Origin: an uncultured Solirubrobacteraceae bacterium
GTDB lineage: Bacteria > Actinomycetota > Thermoleophilia > Solirubrobacterales > Solirubrobacteraceae
Length of the DNA stretch: 64,000 bases
NCBI GenBank assembly: GCA_963706615.1
Contig: OY970163.1
Location: 1,189,492 to 1,253,491 of the forward strand
Direction of reading: 5' to 3'
Below, piece after piece: positions 46,908 to 57,590 of the stretch. The translations under genes were made by a program, and so were the position numbers. Under the pieces are notes generated by a model. It worked only from the letters and a program-made list of their open reading frames with translations. It ran no database searches and was not told the origin of the DNA. Within the stretch, counting starts at the first letter, position 1. Each line of letters starts with the position of its first letter.

Positions 46908-49427
46908 CTATTCAAACCTGAAGAGGTCTCCCGGCGGGGCCGCTTGGCTCGTCTGCCGGGCGACGGTCGCGCGTACGTCGGCGGACCCGGCCTTTCGCGC
47001 GGCGGGCGAAACGACGGAACAGGTTGAGACTGCGCTGCACTGCACGCTCGTGGCGGTCACAGACCCGAACTTGACGCTCGTCGCGCTCGTCCCGAGCGCA
47101 AAGCCCGTGCCAGTGATCGTCAGGCTCGTCCCGCCGGCCCTCGGACCAGAGCCTGGGGTCACGCTGGTCACGGTCGGCGGCCCAAACGTGAAACGGTCGC
47201 CGGGCACCAGTGAGCTGGTGCCGTTGGGCGTGGTCACGGTCAAATCGACCTTTCCGGCACTCGCGGGCGGTGAGACCGCGGTCAGCGAAGTCGGCGATTG
47301 CGTGGCGTAGCCTACTTCGGCATCCCCGAAATGAACTGCCGTCACGCCAACGAATCCGGCGCCGGTGACGGTCACGCTCGTGCCGCCGCCGGCCGGTCCG
47401 GATGCGGGCGCGACCCGGGTGACCTGAGGGCCGGCTCCGTTGGCCACATAGGTAAAGCGGTCGAGCGAGCCACTGGCGCTCGACCCGCCGGCGTTGGCGG
47501 CGGTGACATCGACCGTACCCGTCCCGCTCGGCGAGACGACGGTGATCGAGCTGTTGGAGTCGATCGTGAAGCTCGGCGCAGCGCTGGTGCCGAAGGCGAC
47601 CTTCGTCACCTGGCTCAGGTTGTCGCCCCGCAGCGTCACCGTCGTGCCGCCGCTCTGCAGGCCGGCGTCTGGCGAGACCGACTGCAGCACCGGCGGCTTG
47701 GGCAGCGTACGCATGCTTTGATCGACGCTGGCGCTGGTGCCGTGTTCGTTGCTCGCCGAAATGCGGAAGTGGTAGGTCGTGTCGGGACTCAGGCCTTCGA
47801 GAGTCGCCGAGACCGCGACAGGGCCTTGTTCCTTTTGCGGGGTTGGCGAGCAGGGGACGCTGGCTTCGTAGAAGACGGAGGTGCCGTATTCAAAGCGGCA
47901 GGCGCTGAGTTCGCTGCGCCCTGCGTCGACCGACCCGTTCAGCTGGGCGGTCGTCTGGGCGATCGCGCTCGCCGACCCGGCCAGCACGGTCGGCGGCTTG
48001 CTCCCGCCGGGCGGTTCGGAGGCCGGACCTGGTGGGGGCTGTGGGGAGAGCAGCAGCGCAGGACGCGGGGTCTGCTGGAAGTCGAACTCGTTTGCGAGGT
48101 CGCCCAGCCCGGGCAATTCGTCACGCACGGTCGGGCGTTTGTCGGGCCGTCCGTCGGTCGCGGGGTTCAACCGGGCGCCGTTGAGGAAGTCGTCCTCAAT
48201 GAACTTGAGGTATGCGTCGTGGCTGAGCTGCTGATGATCGATGTAGCCGGTCTTCGCGTACGGGCTGATGAGAAGGCCGGGCACCCGCAGGCCATACCCG
48301 TTTTCATCGACGCTGGGCGGCTGCACGTGATCGTAGAGGCCGCCCCAATCGTCCCAGGACAGAAATATCGCCGTACTTCCCCAGCATGGGCTGCGCATGA
48401 CGGCGTTGACCAGCGTCGTCACGTAGGCCTGACCGGAAGAGATCAGTGCGCTCGGGTGTTCTGAAACCGCGAACTTCGGGTTGATCCATGCGACGTTGGG
48501 AAGTCCGCACTTGGCGGTATCTCCGACGGCGGCGAAGTATTCGTTGAGACCTTGAATGTTGCCGAGCTGGCCGTCTTCGCCGACGTCCGTGAAATTGGGC
48601 AGCGGATTCCAGATACCGGGCGTCTTGGGGCCCTGCTGAACCGGCGCGCAGGTCGTCGCTTCATTGGACTCGCAGTCAGGCTCGGTGCCCGCGAAGAGGT
48701 AGTAGCGCCAGCTGATGTTGGCCTTGTTGAGCAGATAGGTGATGTCGGTCCAAGCAAAGGGCCGGTCGCCGAACACTCCTTCCGGGTAGTTGACGCAGTC
48801 CATGGGATTGACGTCGCCGTTGGGGCATTTCGCGTTCCACTCCGAGACCATCGCGTTGTGCTCGCGCTGACTGGCCGAGAGGTCGGACTCGTACATCTGG
48901 TCCTGCAAGACGTAGTTTTGGGCATAGGACCAATAGTTAGGAATCTCCCGCGCATCGTGGTAGCCCATCACTTCCCGGCAGCCCGCCGCTTCTGCCCCTT
49001 CGCATTGGCTGCAGTTCGGGTTGGTGCCCGAGCAGTGCAGCCCCGTCTCGGCTTGAGCCACGAAGCCATCCATCTTTCCCCCGTTGATGTCCTGGACCGC
49101 CGCGTTGCGACCATGCGGTCCGCCGGCGTTTTTGTCGAGCGGGTCGTGGAAGGGTGCGACGCATCCGCCGTGCAGGGGGTCCGGAACGCAGACTCCCGCC
49201 GGAATCCCGTCAGCCCCCGGGTACGTGCCGAAGTAGGAGTCGAACGAGCGGTTCTCCTGCATGATCACGATGACATGCTGGATTTTGTGAATGCCTTCCG
49301 CCGGCGCCGCGAAGGCCGCCGAAGCCAGCGCGAGCGAGAGGGACGCGCTCGCCGTTACCACGCCAAGCAAAGCGGCCACGACGACGGCCCGAAGCAGTCG
49401 TCGGCGCGAGCTGCACGACTCGGTCAC
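46908..49427 (-). CDS. Secreted phosphoesterase (PLC/AcpA family) with FN3-like and three IPT/TIG domains
   Basis: IQHVIVIMQENRSFDSYFG, SEHP, WDDWGGLYDHV, GLRVPGLLISPYAK, then P.V.SVSP..G...GGT.VT..G repeats. Confidence 0.88.
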   Translation of the reverse strand: MTESCSSRRRLLRAVVVAALLGVVTASASLSLALASAAFAAPAEGIHKIQHVIVIMQENRSFDSYFGTYPGADGIPAGVCVPDPLHGGCVAPFHDPLDKNAGGPHGRNAAVQDINGGKMDGFVAQAETGLHCSGTNPNCSQCEGAEAAGCREVMGYHDAREIPNYWSYAQNYVLQDQMYESDLSASQREHNAMVSEWNAKCPNGDVNPMDCVNYPEGVFGDRPFAWTDITYLLNKANISWRYYLFAGTEPDCESNEATTCAPVQQGPKTPGIWNPLPNFTDVGEDGQLGNIQGLNEYFAAVGDTAKCGLPNVAWINPKFAVSEHPSALISSGQAYVTTLVNAVMRSPCWGSTAIFLSWDDWGGLYDHVQPPSVDENGYGLRVPGLLISPYAKTGYIDHQQLSHDAYLKFIEDDFLNGARLNPATDGRPDKRPTVRDELPGLGDLANEFDFQQTPRPALLLSPQPPPGPASEPPGGSKPPTVLAGSASAIAQTTAQLNGSVDAGRSELSACRFEYGTSVFYEASVPCSPTPQKEQGPVAVSATLEGLSPDTTYHFRISASNEHGTSASVDQSMRTLPKPPVLQSVSPDAGLQSGGTTVTLRGDNLSQVTKVAFGTSAAPSFTIDSNSSITVVSPSGTGTVDVTAANAGGSSASGSLDRFTYVANGAGPQVTRVAPASGPAGGGTSVTVTGAGFVGVTAVHFGDAEVGYATQSPTSLTAVSPPASAGKVDLTVTTPNGTSSLVPGDRFTFGPPTVTSVTPGSGPRAGGTSLTITGTGFALGTSATSVKFGSVTATSVQCSAVSTCSVVSPAARKAGSADVRATVARQTSQAAPPGDLFRFE

Positions 49428-49611
49428 TTAGCGTCCTCCCTGCCGGCTAGATCCGCGCGCCCAGGCGCACATTGAAGGGCGCGAAGCCTACAGGGGCGAC
49501 CCGGCCGCTGCGGCCGACCGCACACCGGATCTCCTCCGCCGGACCGTTTGCGCGACCCTCGCTGGAGGAGTAGGCTCGGCGTACGATCAGTGCCACGAGG
49601 GAGGTCACGTC

Positions 49612-50856
49612 GTGAGTAGCACCAGGCAGGATCAAACGCCGCTCGATCAGGTGCTCGTCGGCGATCTCGCGAACTTCGCCGACGGCCCTCCGCACGATCT
49701 GTTTCGGCGGCTGCGCACGCAGTGTCCGGTCCACTGGACCGAGCGGATCTCGGAGTATCCCGACGAGGATGGTTTCTGGTCTGTGACGACCGCCGACGAC
49801 GTGCTCGAGGTGAGCCGCGACTGGCAGACGTTCTCATCTGCGCTCGGCGGCTTCACGGCCACGAAGAACGCGGGCGTGTCGCTGGAGCTGCAGCAGGCGA
49901 TGTTCATCGGCATGGATCCGCCCAAGCACGACCGCCTGAAGTCCCTCTTCCAGCGCGGCTTCACGCCCAAGCGGATCGCCGAGCACGAGGACGCGATCCG
50001 CGCGATCGTGGTCGGCGTCCTCGACCGTCTCGATGGCCGCGCGAGCTGCGATCTGGTCGACGATGTCGCACAGCCGGCGGTGTCGCGCGTGATCGGCAGC
50101 TTCATGGGCCTGCCGCCCGAGGACGATGAGGTGTGGGCGCGCCTGATGAACGCGCTCGTCGCATCAGGCGACCCGGATGCGACGCCCGGCGGCGCCGAGC
50201 ACGTGATGGAGCACGACGTGCCGGAGGTGTTCGAGCGCTGCGGCAAGCTGATTGCCGAGCGCCGCGCGACGCCGACCGACGATCTGACGAGTGTGCTCGT
50301 GCATGCGGAGATCGACGGCGAGCGGCTCGAGGATCACGAGATCGTGATGGGCTTCGTGCTGCTGATGGCGGCCGGCAACGACAGCACCAAGGCGACGTAC
50401 TGCAGCGGCATGCGCGCGCTGATGGAGAACCCCGAGCAGCGACGCCTGGTCCTGGACGATCCGTCACTCGTGCCGGCCGTCGTGGAGGAGTCGCTGCGCA
50501 TGTTCCCGGCGTTCGGTCACTTTGCCCGTACCGCCACCCGCGACACGGAGCTTCACGGCCAGACGATTCGCGAGGGCGAGAAGCTGGTCATGTGGTACCC
50601 GTCATCAAACCGCGACGAGACGCGCTACGAGGACGCCGACCGCTTCGACGTGACGCGCAATCCCGAGCACCAGGCGTTCGGTGCGGGCGGACGCCACTTC
50701 TGTCTGGGCACGGCGCTCGCGCGGCTGGAGCTGCGCATCCTGATCGAGGAGACGCTGTCGCGCTTCCCCGAGATGGCGATCGCCGACGCGCCGAAGTACG
50801 TCGAATCGCCGTTCGCCAATCAGCTCAAGACGCTGCCCGTCCTGCTGCACCCCTGA
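49612..50856 (+). CDS. Cytochrome P450 (CYP125/CYP142-like)
   Basis: MDPPKH, AGNDST, EESLR, FGAGGRHFCLG. GGAGG SD upstream. Confidence 0.93.
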   Translation: MSSTRQDQTPLDQVLVGDLANFADGPPHDLFRRLRTQCPVHWTERISEYPDEDGFWSVTTADDVLEVSRDWQTFSSALGGFTATKNAGVSLELQQAMFIGMDPPKHDRLKSLFQRGFTPKRIAEHEDAIRAIVVGVLDRLDGRASCDLVDDVAQPAVSRVIGSFMGLPPEDDEVWARLMNALVASGDPDATPGGAEHVMEHDVPEVFERCGKLIAERRATPTDDLTSVLVHAEIDGERLEDHEIVMGFVLLMAAGNDSTKATYCSGMRALMENPEQRRLVLDDPSLVPAVVEESLRMFPAFGHFARTATRDTELHGQTIREGEKLVMWYPSSNRDETRYEDADRFDVTRNPEHQAFGAGGRHFCLGTALARLELRILIEETLSRFPEMAIADAPKYVESPFANQLKTLPVLLHP

Positions 50857-50902
50857 GCCGGGCCTGGGCCTGGGCTCGGGGCTTCTTCATCTGCCGTGGC
50901 AG

Positions 50903-51433
50903 CTAGAGCGGCGGGACCTGGTTGTTGACTTGCGTGCCGTGGTAGAGGTGATCCTGATCCTTGCAGGCAGCCGGGAAGAAGAACTGCACGCTGTCGCTGC
51001 GCACGTTGTTGTAGCTGGCGTAGAGGGTCGCGCGACCGACGGTGCCTACGACGCAGTTGTTATCGGTGCTGCTCGTGACCCGGAACTTGATCTTCATGAT
51101 GTTGCCTGGGTAGCCCCACATCATCGCGTAGTGGGAGTGGTACTCGACATGGTGCGCCACCGACATGATGATCACGCCGGCCCGATCCTGCTGGCACATG
51201 ATCCCCGAGACCGTGTTGGCTTCGAGGTTGATGTTTCCGTGGCCCTTGGCGAAGCTGCTTTCCCCCGTGTACGAGCCCGTGTGGAAGCCCCATGGGGGAA
51301 TCCCGTAGACGGTCGGCACCTCAGAGCAGGACGTCGCACCGCTGGCCGAGCCGGTCATGCCCAGCGTCGCCAGCAACGCTGTCAACGCCGCGAGCGCGAC
51401 GCCGAACCGCGCCGTTGTTCGCGTCCGCCCCAT
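50903..51433 (-). CDS. Secreted hypothetical protein
   Basis: Signal peptide ending ASG-A, four Cys, GC3-biased codons. Confidence 0.65.
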   Translation of the reverse strand: MGRTRTTARFGVALAALTALLATLGMTGSASGATSCSEVPTVYGIPPWGFHTGSYTGESSFAKGHGNINLEANTVSGIMCQQDRAGVIIMSVAHHVEYHSHYAMMWGYPGNIMKIKFRVTSSTDNNCVVGTVGRATLYASYNNVRSDSVQFFFPAACKDQDHLYHGTQVNNQVPPL

Positions 51434-51482
51434 ACCGGCGGGACTATACGCCTCCCGACGAATCAGCAGGCATTTTCGCGAA

Positions 51483-51555
51483 AGCCGACGCGGGGACTCG
51501 AACCCCGGACCCCTTCATTACGAGTGAAGTGCTCTACCAGCTGAGCTACGTCGGC
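51483..51555 (-). tRNA. tRNA-Thr (CGT)
   Basis: Reverse complement GCCGACGTAGCTCAGCTGGTAGAGCACTTCACT-CGT-AATGAAGGGGTCCGGGGTTCGAGTCCCCGCGTCGGCT. Confidence 0.96.
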
Positions 51556-53429
51556 GCGGCCTCGGATGCTAGCGAGGCATCCGTCGCCCGTGGCTGCTCG
51601 CCGCCCGGCTCGGCTCGGTCGTCGCCGGCGCCCTGCCCGAGCGCCCGCAGCTCCGCCAGCAGCGACTCGCCGTGCTTCTCGCAGAACGCCGGGCCGATGC
51701 CGCGGATCTCCAGCAGCGCCTGCGTGCTCGCCGGCGTCGCGCGCAGCAGGTCTTCGAGCACGGCGTTGGACGCGACCGTGTACGCCGGCTTGCCCTCCGC
51801 GCGCGCATAGCGCCAGGCGCGCAGGCGCTCGAAGCTGTCGCCGTCCACCGGCGGCCCGGCCGGCTCGCCCGACGCGCCGGCGCCCGGCCCGCTTGCGCGC
51901 CCGCCGCGCCCGCCGCGTCCGCGCGTCGCCTTGATCGGCGCGTTCGCCGCCGCCACGAGCGCCGCGTCGGGCTCGCACACGTCACAGCAGCGTCCCGTCG
52001 GGTGCCCCGGCTCGTCGTCGCCGAAGTGGTCGAGGATCTGCCGGCGGCGACAGATCTCGCCGCTGGTCATGTAGCGCTCGATCGAGCGGTAGGCGTCCCA
52101 GCCGCGGTCGCGCGAGGCCTTGATCGCCGCGAACGCCTTGCGCGGACTGCCCTGTCCGGTCAAGCGGATCAGCAGGCCGTCGCGGCCCGCCGGCTCGAGC
52201 TCGACCGCGCCCGAACGCTCGGCGATCGACAGGAGCACGCGGTCGCGTTCGCCGAGATCACGGTGGCCGACCGTTGCGATCTCGCCGTCGGCGCCGCGGC
52301 GCAGGCGCCCGACGTAGGACTTGACGTCCTCGACGCTCGTCTCGCGTTCTTTGATGAAGCGAATCAGCCTTCCCAGGTCCATCCGTGCGCCGAGCAGCAG
52401 CGCGCGCGCGGGCAGGCCGTCGCGCCCTCCGCGTCCGGCCTCCTGGTAGTAGGCCTCCAGGCTCGTCGGCAGCGCCCAGTGCGCGACCGTGCGCACGTCG
52501 GCCTTGTCCACGCCCATGCCGAACGCGTTCGTCGCCACGACCACCTCCGCGCGATCCTCCATGAACGCCTCTTGGCTGGCGCGCCTGTCGTCGGGGCTCA
52601 TCCCGGCGTGGTAGGCGACCGCCGCGAGCCCCTCTTCGCGCAGCCTCGCCGCGACGGCGTCGGTGTCCTTGCGCGTGCCGCAGTAGACGATCGCCGGACG
52701 CGCGCGCTCGTCGGCGAGCACGTGCAGCAGCGCCGCCCACTTGCGCGCCACGGCGCCCTTGCCCTCCACACTGACCACGTCGAACGTCACGTTCGGTCGA
52801 TCAAAGCCCGAGCGGATCGACACCGGCTCGTGCAGCTCCAGGCGCGCGGCGATCTCCTCGGCCACGCGCGGCGTCGCCGTCGCCGTCGCCGCCATCACCG
52901 CCGGGCGCCCGCCCGTCGTTCCTCGAAGCGAAGCGATCGCGTCGTGTAGGCGCAGGTAGTCCGGACGGAAGTCGTGCCCCCACTCGGCCACGCAATGCGC
53001 CTCGTCGACGACGAACAGCGCGACCTCGCGCTGCGCCAGCGCCGCGCGAAACGCGCCCGAGGCAAAGCGCTCGGGCGCCGCTAGCACCAGCGCCGTCTCG
53101 CCCGAGGCGATCTGCGCGAGCGCCTGCTCGTTGTGGCCTTCCTCCATGCCCGACGCGAGCATCGTCGAGCTCACGCCCGCCTGCTGCAGCCGGCGCCACT
53201 GGTCGGCCATCAGCGCGATCAACGGACTCACGACGACGACCAGACCGCCCCCCGCGAGCGCAGGCAGCTGGTAGCACAGCGACTTGCCGCCGCCGGTCGG
53301 CATCACCACCAGGCTGTCGCTGCCCGCCAGCGCCGCCGCCACCGCCTCGCGCTGCCCCGGCCTGAATGCTTCCAGGCCGAAGCGCGCCAGCAGCTGCTCC
53401 GGGGTGGCGTCGATCGTCGACATGCTCAT
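51546..53429 (-). CDS. recQ: RecQ-family DNA helicase with Zn-binding and HRDC domains
   Basis: MPTGGGKSLCYQLPA, DEAHC..WGHDFRPDY, ATNAFGMGVDK, QEAGRGGRDG, CRR...CCDVC, HRDC LRAWR...KPAYTV. Confidence 0.93.
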   Translation of the reverse strand: MSMSTIDATPEQLLARFGLEAFRPGQREAVAAALAGSDSLVVMPTGGGKSLCYQLPALAGGGLVVVVSPLIALMADQWRRLQQAGVSSTMLASGMEEGHNEQALAQIASGETALVLAAPERFASGAFRAALAQREVALFVVDEAHCVAEWGHDFRPDYLRLHDAIASLRGTTGGRPAVMAATATATPRVAEEIAARLELHEPVSIRSGFDRPNVTFDVVSVEGKGAVARKWAALLHVLADERARPAIVYCGTRKDTDAVAARLREEGLAAVAYHAGMSPDDRRASQEAFMEDRAEVVVATNAFGMGVDKADVRTVAHWALPTSLEAYYQEAGRGGRDGLPARALLLGARMDLGRLIRFIKERETSVEDVKSYVGRLRRGADGEIATVGHRDLGERDRVLLSIAERSGAVELEPAGRDGLLIRLTGQGSPRKAFAAIKASRDRGWDAYRSIERYMTSGEICRRRQILDHFGDDEPGHPTGRCCDVCEPDAALVAAANAPIKATRGRGGRGGRASGPGAGASGEPAGPPVDGDSFERLRAWRYARAEGKPAYTVASNAVLEDLLRATPASTQALLEIRGIGPAFCEKHGESLLAELRALGQGAGDDRAEPGGEQPRATDASLASEAAPT

Positions 53430-53466
53430 GCGCCAGACGGTACTTCGCGCTGCGGCTGCGACAAGG

Positions 53467-55002
53467 TCAGCGTCGCGCGCTCCACAAGACGCGCGCCCCG
53501 GCCGACGGGACGAGCGTGATCGCGCGGCGGCGCACCAGCTCAGCGCGCCGCCCGCGGCGACCTTGCGGCAGGCTCGGCTGCAGCTCGCCGAGCATCGTTG
53601 CCAGCATCAGCTTCATCTCCAGCTGCGCAAACGACGCGCCGATGCAGCGGCGGATGCCGCCGCCGAAGGGGATCCAGGAGAAAGTCTCGGGGGCCGCCTG
53701 CTCAAAGCGCTCGGGGCGAAAGCTCTGCGGGTCGTCGTACACGCGCGCGTTGCGGTTGGTCAGGTAGATCGACGGCGTCACGCGCGTCCCGGCCGGCAGC
53801 ACATACCCGTCTACCTCCAGCTCCCGCATGAGCAGGCGCGCGACGATCGGCACGACAGGGCGCACGCGCAGCGTCTCGGCGATCACCGCGGCCATGTAGC
53901 GCTCGCCCGCTGCGGCCGCGTCGTCCCCGCCGCGCGGGCCGCCGCCGCCTACCGCGTCGCCCACGTCCCCGCGCCCGGCGTCGACCTCCGCGGTGAGCCG
54001 CGCGAGCTTGTCCGGATGGCGCACGAGTCGCTCGATCGCCCACGCCACAGAAGTCGCCGTCGTCTCGTGCCCGGCGAGCAGCAGTGTCACGAGCTCGTCG
54101 CGCAGCTCGCCGTCGGTCATCGGCGCGCCGTCCTCGTCGCGCGCCTGCAGCAGCAGCGAGAGGATGTCCGCGCGCTGCGCGAGGTCCGGCTGCGCGCGGC
54201 GCCGCGCGAGCTCCTCGTAGATCACGGCGTCGAGGCGGTCGAGCGCGCGTCCGATCACGCCCGGCGGGCGCTCGGCGCTGGGCGGGCGCAGCGCGAGCAG
54301 CACCGTGCGCCACGGCCGGATCGGCGCGAGCAGCTGCTCGATCGCCGTGCGCAGCGCGCCCATCCGCTCGGCCTCCACGCCGAACACGGCGCGCAGGATC
54401 ACCTCGAGCGTGATCGCGCGCGTGCGCTCGTGCAGGCGCATCGGCTGCCCCAGCGGCCACGTCGCCATGTCCTTGCGCGTCGCGTCGACGATCGTCTGCT
54501 CATACTCGCGCATGCGCTCGCCGTGAAACGGCGGCAGCAGCAGCTTGCGCTGGCGCATGTGCTCGGCGCCGGTCAGCACGATCACCGAGCTCGGACCCAT
54601 CACCGGACGCACCGGCGAGTTGCCGGCGGCCGAAGGCGCCACGTCGGGCGGCGCCGTGAAGACGGTCTTGACGGCCTCCGGGCCGCTGACCATCACGAGC
54701 TTCATGCCGCTCGGCCAGAACGTCAGCGTGAACGACTCGCCGAGACGCTGCGCGCAGTTGTCCATCACCCACGTCGGCGCCACCGACCAGACGAGCGTCT
54801 GCAGCAGCGCCGGCGCCCGCGGGCCCGCGGGCAGCCCGCGTCTCGCGGCCACTGCGGACGTGCCGGACGTGCCGCCGCCGGGCTCGGCGTGTCGGCTCGC
54901 TGGGCCGTCCGGTGCGGCGGCGTCGAGCGCGCCCGCCTGCAGCGCACGCTCGCTGGACGCGTCATCGGACTGCGCAGCCGTCGCCGGCACGGTCGCTGCC
55001 AT
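53467..55002 (-). CDS. Cytochrome P450 (CYP135/CYP138-like)
   Basis: AGHETTAT, ETLR, FRPERF, FGGGIRRCIG. Confidence 0.93.
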   Translation of the reverse strand: MAATVPATAAQSDDASSERALQAGALDAAAPDGPASRHAEPGGGTSGTSAVAARRGLPAGPRAPALLQTLVWSVAPTWVMDNCAQRLGESFTLTFWPSGMKLVMVSGPEAVKTVFTAPPDVAPSAAGNSPVRPVMGPSSVIVLTGAEHMRQRKLLLPPFHGERMREYEQTIVDATRKDMATWPLGQPMRLHERTRAITLEVILRAVFGVEAERMGALRTAIEQLLAPIRPWRTVLLALRPPSAERPPGVIGRALDRLDAVIYEELARRRAQPDLAQRADILSLLLQARDEDGAPMTDGELRDELVTLLLAGHETTATSVAWAIERLVRHPDKLARLTAEVDAGRGDVGDAVGGGGPRGGDDAAAAGERYMAAVIAETLRVRPVVPIVARLLMRELEVDGYVLPAGTRVTPSIYLTNRNARVYDDPQSFRPERFEQAAPETFSWIPFGGGIRRCIGASFAQLEMKLMLATMLGELQPSLPQGRRGRRAELVRRRAITLVPSAGARVLWSARR

Positions 55003-55133
55003 GCTTACAAGCTAGCGCCCGCGGGCATGAAGTGTGAGAGACGCGCCGGCGCGGAGCGCGCCGAAGCGCCTGCGCACGCCGGCAGGCGCGCGGCAGGCGT
55101 CACCGGACACACCAAGCGAAAGGCTGGATCGGC

Positions 55134-56123
<990 letters not shown>

Positions 56124-56195
56124 CGCGCGGGCGCGGGCGGCAACCGCCGCCGGCGCACAACCGCTTGCCGGCGCGCCGGCTGGCGCCGCGTGAGC

Positions 56196-56906
56196 TCAGC
56201 GCGCGGCGGCCTTGCGCCTGCGGACGACGCGTTCGCTGGTTTCGCGGTCGAGCAGCGCCTGCTTGAGGCGCTCGTGCGCGTCCTTGACCTGCGAGCGCGA
56301 GAGCGTCTCCTTGCGTTTCCTCAGGTGTGAGATCAGCACGCGCGCGGGCAGCACGCGCACGCCCTTGCGCCGGGCGAGCGGCCGGTCGACCCAGGCTCGG
56401 CTGAACACGAGCAGTGGCTCCACGCGCACGCCGATGACCTGCTCGATCGAGTCGCGCTGCGCTTGGGCCTGGCGGATCGTCGCTCCGTGCACCCGCCCGA
56501 CGCGCACTGGGCCGGGGTGGCTCTTGGTCTCGACCGTGAACAGGCCCGCAGGGCCGATCACGATGTGGTCGATGTTGCCGCGCCCGAAGCTCGCGTCGTG
56601 GATCACGTGCCAGCGGCTGGCGGGAAGCTGCTCGAGCAGGCTGCCGACGTGCTCCTCGGCGCTCGCGCCGCGGTCGCGGCGGTCGACGAGCGGCAGCACA
56701 TAGCGCGAGACGGCGAAGATGACCGCCAGCAGGGCGACCTCGGAGACCAGGAAGCGCAGGTCGTGCAGGCCGAACACGCGCCCGAGCACGGCCGTCGCGA
56801 CGGCCAGGACTCCAAGCGTGACGATCGTGCGCAGGCGCAAGCGCACGACGGTCGCCCGCGCGTGCTGCCCCGCGGCGCGGCTCGTGGCATCGCCAGCTGC
56901 GTGCAT
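56196..56906 (-). CDS. Membrane-anchored NERD-domain (nuclease-related) protein
   Basis: Two TM helices, then GASAEEHV, IHD, NIDHIVIGPAGLFTVETK. Confidence 0.85.
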   Translation of the reverse strand: MHAAGDATSRAAGQHARATVVRLRLRTIVTLGVLAVATAVLGRVFGLHDLRFLVSEVALLAVIFAVSRYVLPLVDRRDRGASAEEHVGSLLEQLPASRWHVIHDASFGRGNIDHIVIGPAGLFTVETKSHPGPVRVGRVHGATIRQAQAQRDSIEQVIGVRVEPLLVFSRAWVDRPLARRKGVRVLPARVLISHLRKRKETLSRSQVKDAHERLKQALLDRETSERVVRRRKAAAR

Positions 56907-56949
56907 CTGTGAAACCTCCGTCTCCCCGCTCGTGTTGGCTCTTGGTCAT

Positions 56950-56978
56950 CTATCGGCGAAAGGAGCGCCGATCCTGAG
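56950..56978 (-). promoter_or_regulatory. Candidate sigma28-type promoter for the NERD gene
   Basis: Minus strand CTCAG-N16-GCCGATAG. Confidence 0.5.
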
Positions 56979-57058
56979 CCTCGCTCGCCAAAGCTTTCGG
57001 TCGCGCTCGCGGCGAGCGGGAAAAATCCCCAAAAAGCGTGGAACGCGACGGCATCTTC

Positions 57059-57086
57059 TAAAGCAGCCGAGGGCCGCCGCCGAAGG
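57059..57086 (+). promoter_or_regulatory. Candidate sigma28-type promoter for the 57140 gene
   Basis: TAAA-N16-GCCGAAGG. Confidence 0.45.
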
Positions 57087-57139
57087 CCTTCCTAGCCGCC
57101 GCCCTCGCTTGCGATCACCCTCAGGGCACGGACGCTCCG

Positions 57140-57568
57140 ATGACAGACCATCCCAGCAGCTCACGCAATTCCAACAGGCCATCGACATTCGATGTCTGCC
57201 TGCTGCTGCGCGCGCACGCGGAGACGCGCTGGCTGAGCAACGAGCTGACGCCTGTGCTGCGCGAGATCGAGCAGCGCGAGACGATCTCAGAGCTGCAGCT
57301 CGGCGCCGCGCTGGCATACCTGGAGGTCCTGTGGATCGAGGCGGGCGCGCGCGCGAGGGAGACCGAGGCGGCGCGCGTGGAGCTCGACGCGCTCGGCGGC
57401 GGCGACCGGTCGCTGGCGGACAAGGCGCGCCGCTACCACGCGGCCGTGCGTCGGCTGCGCGGCGTGGTCGAGCTGCGCGTCAACCGCCAGCTGGCCGCGC
57501 CTGCGCAGGAGCGATCGCCGGAGCAGTGGGCCGATCCTCGGCTCAGCGAGCGCCCGGCCGACCTGTGA
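57140..57568 (+). CDS. Hypothetical helical protein
   Basis: 142-aa ORF with GC3 bias that fills the gap before the PHP gene. Confidence 0.6.
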   Translation: MTDHPSSSRNSNRPSTFDVCLLLRAHAETRWLSNELTPVLREIEQRETISELQLGAALAYLEVLWIEAGARARETEAARVELDALGGGDRSLADKARRYHAAVRRLRGVVELRVNRQLAAPAQERSPEQWADPRLSERPADL

Positions 57569-57590
57569 GCCGATCGCATAGGCTCGGCGC

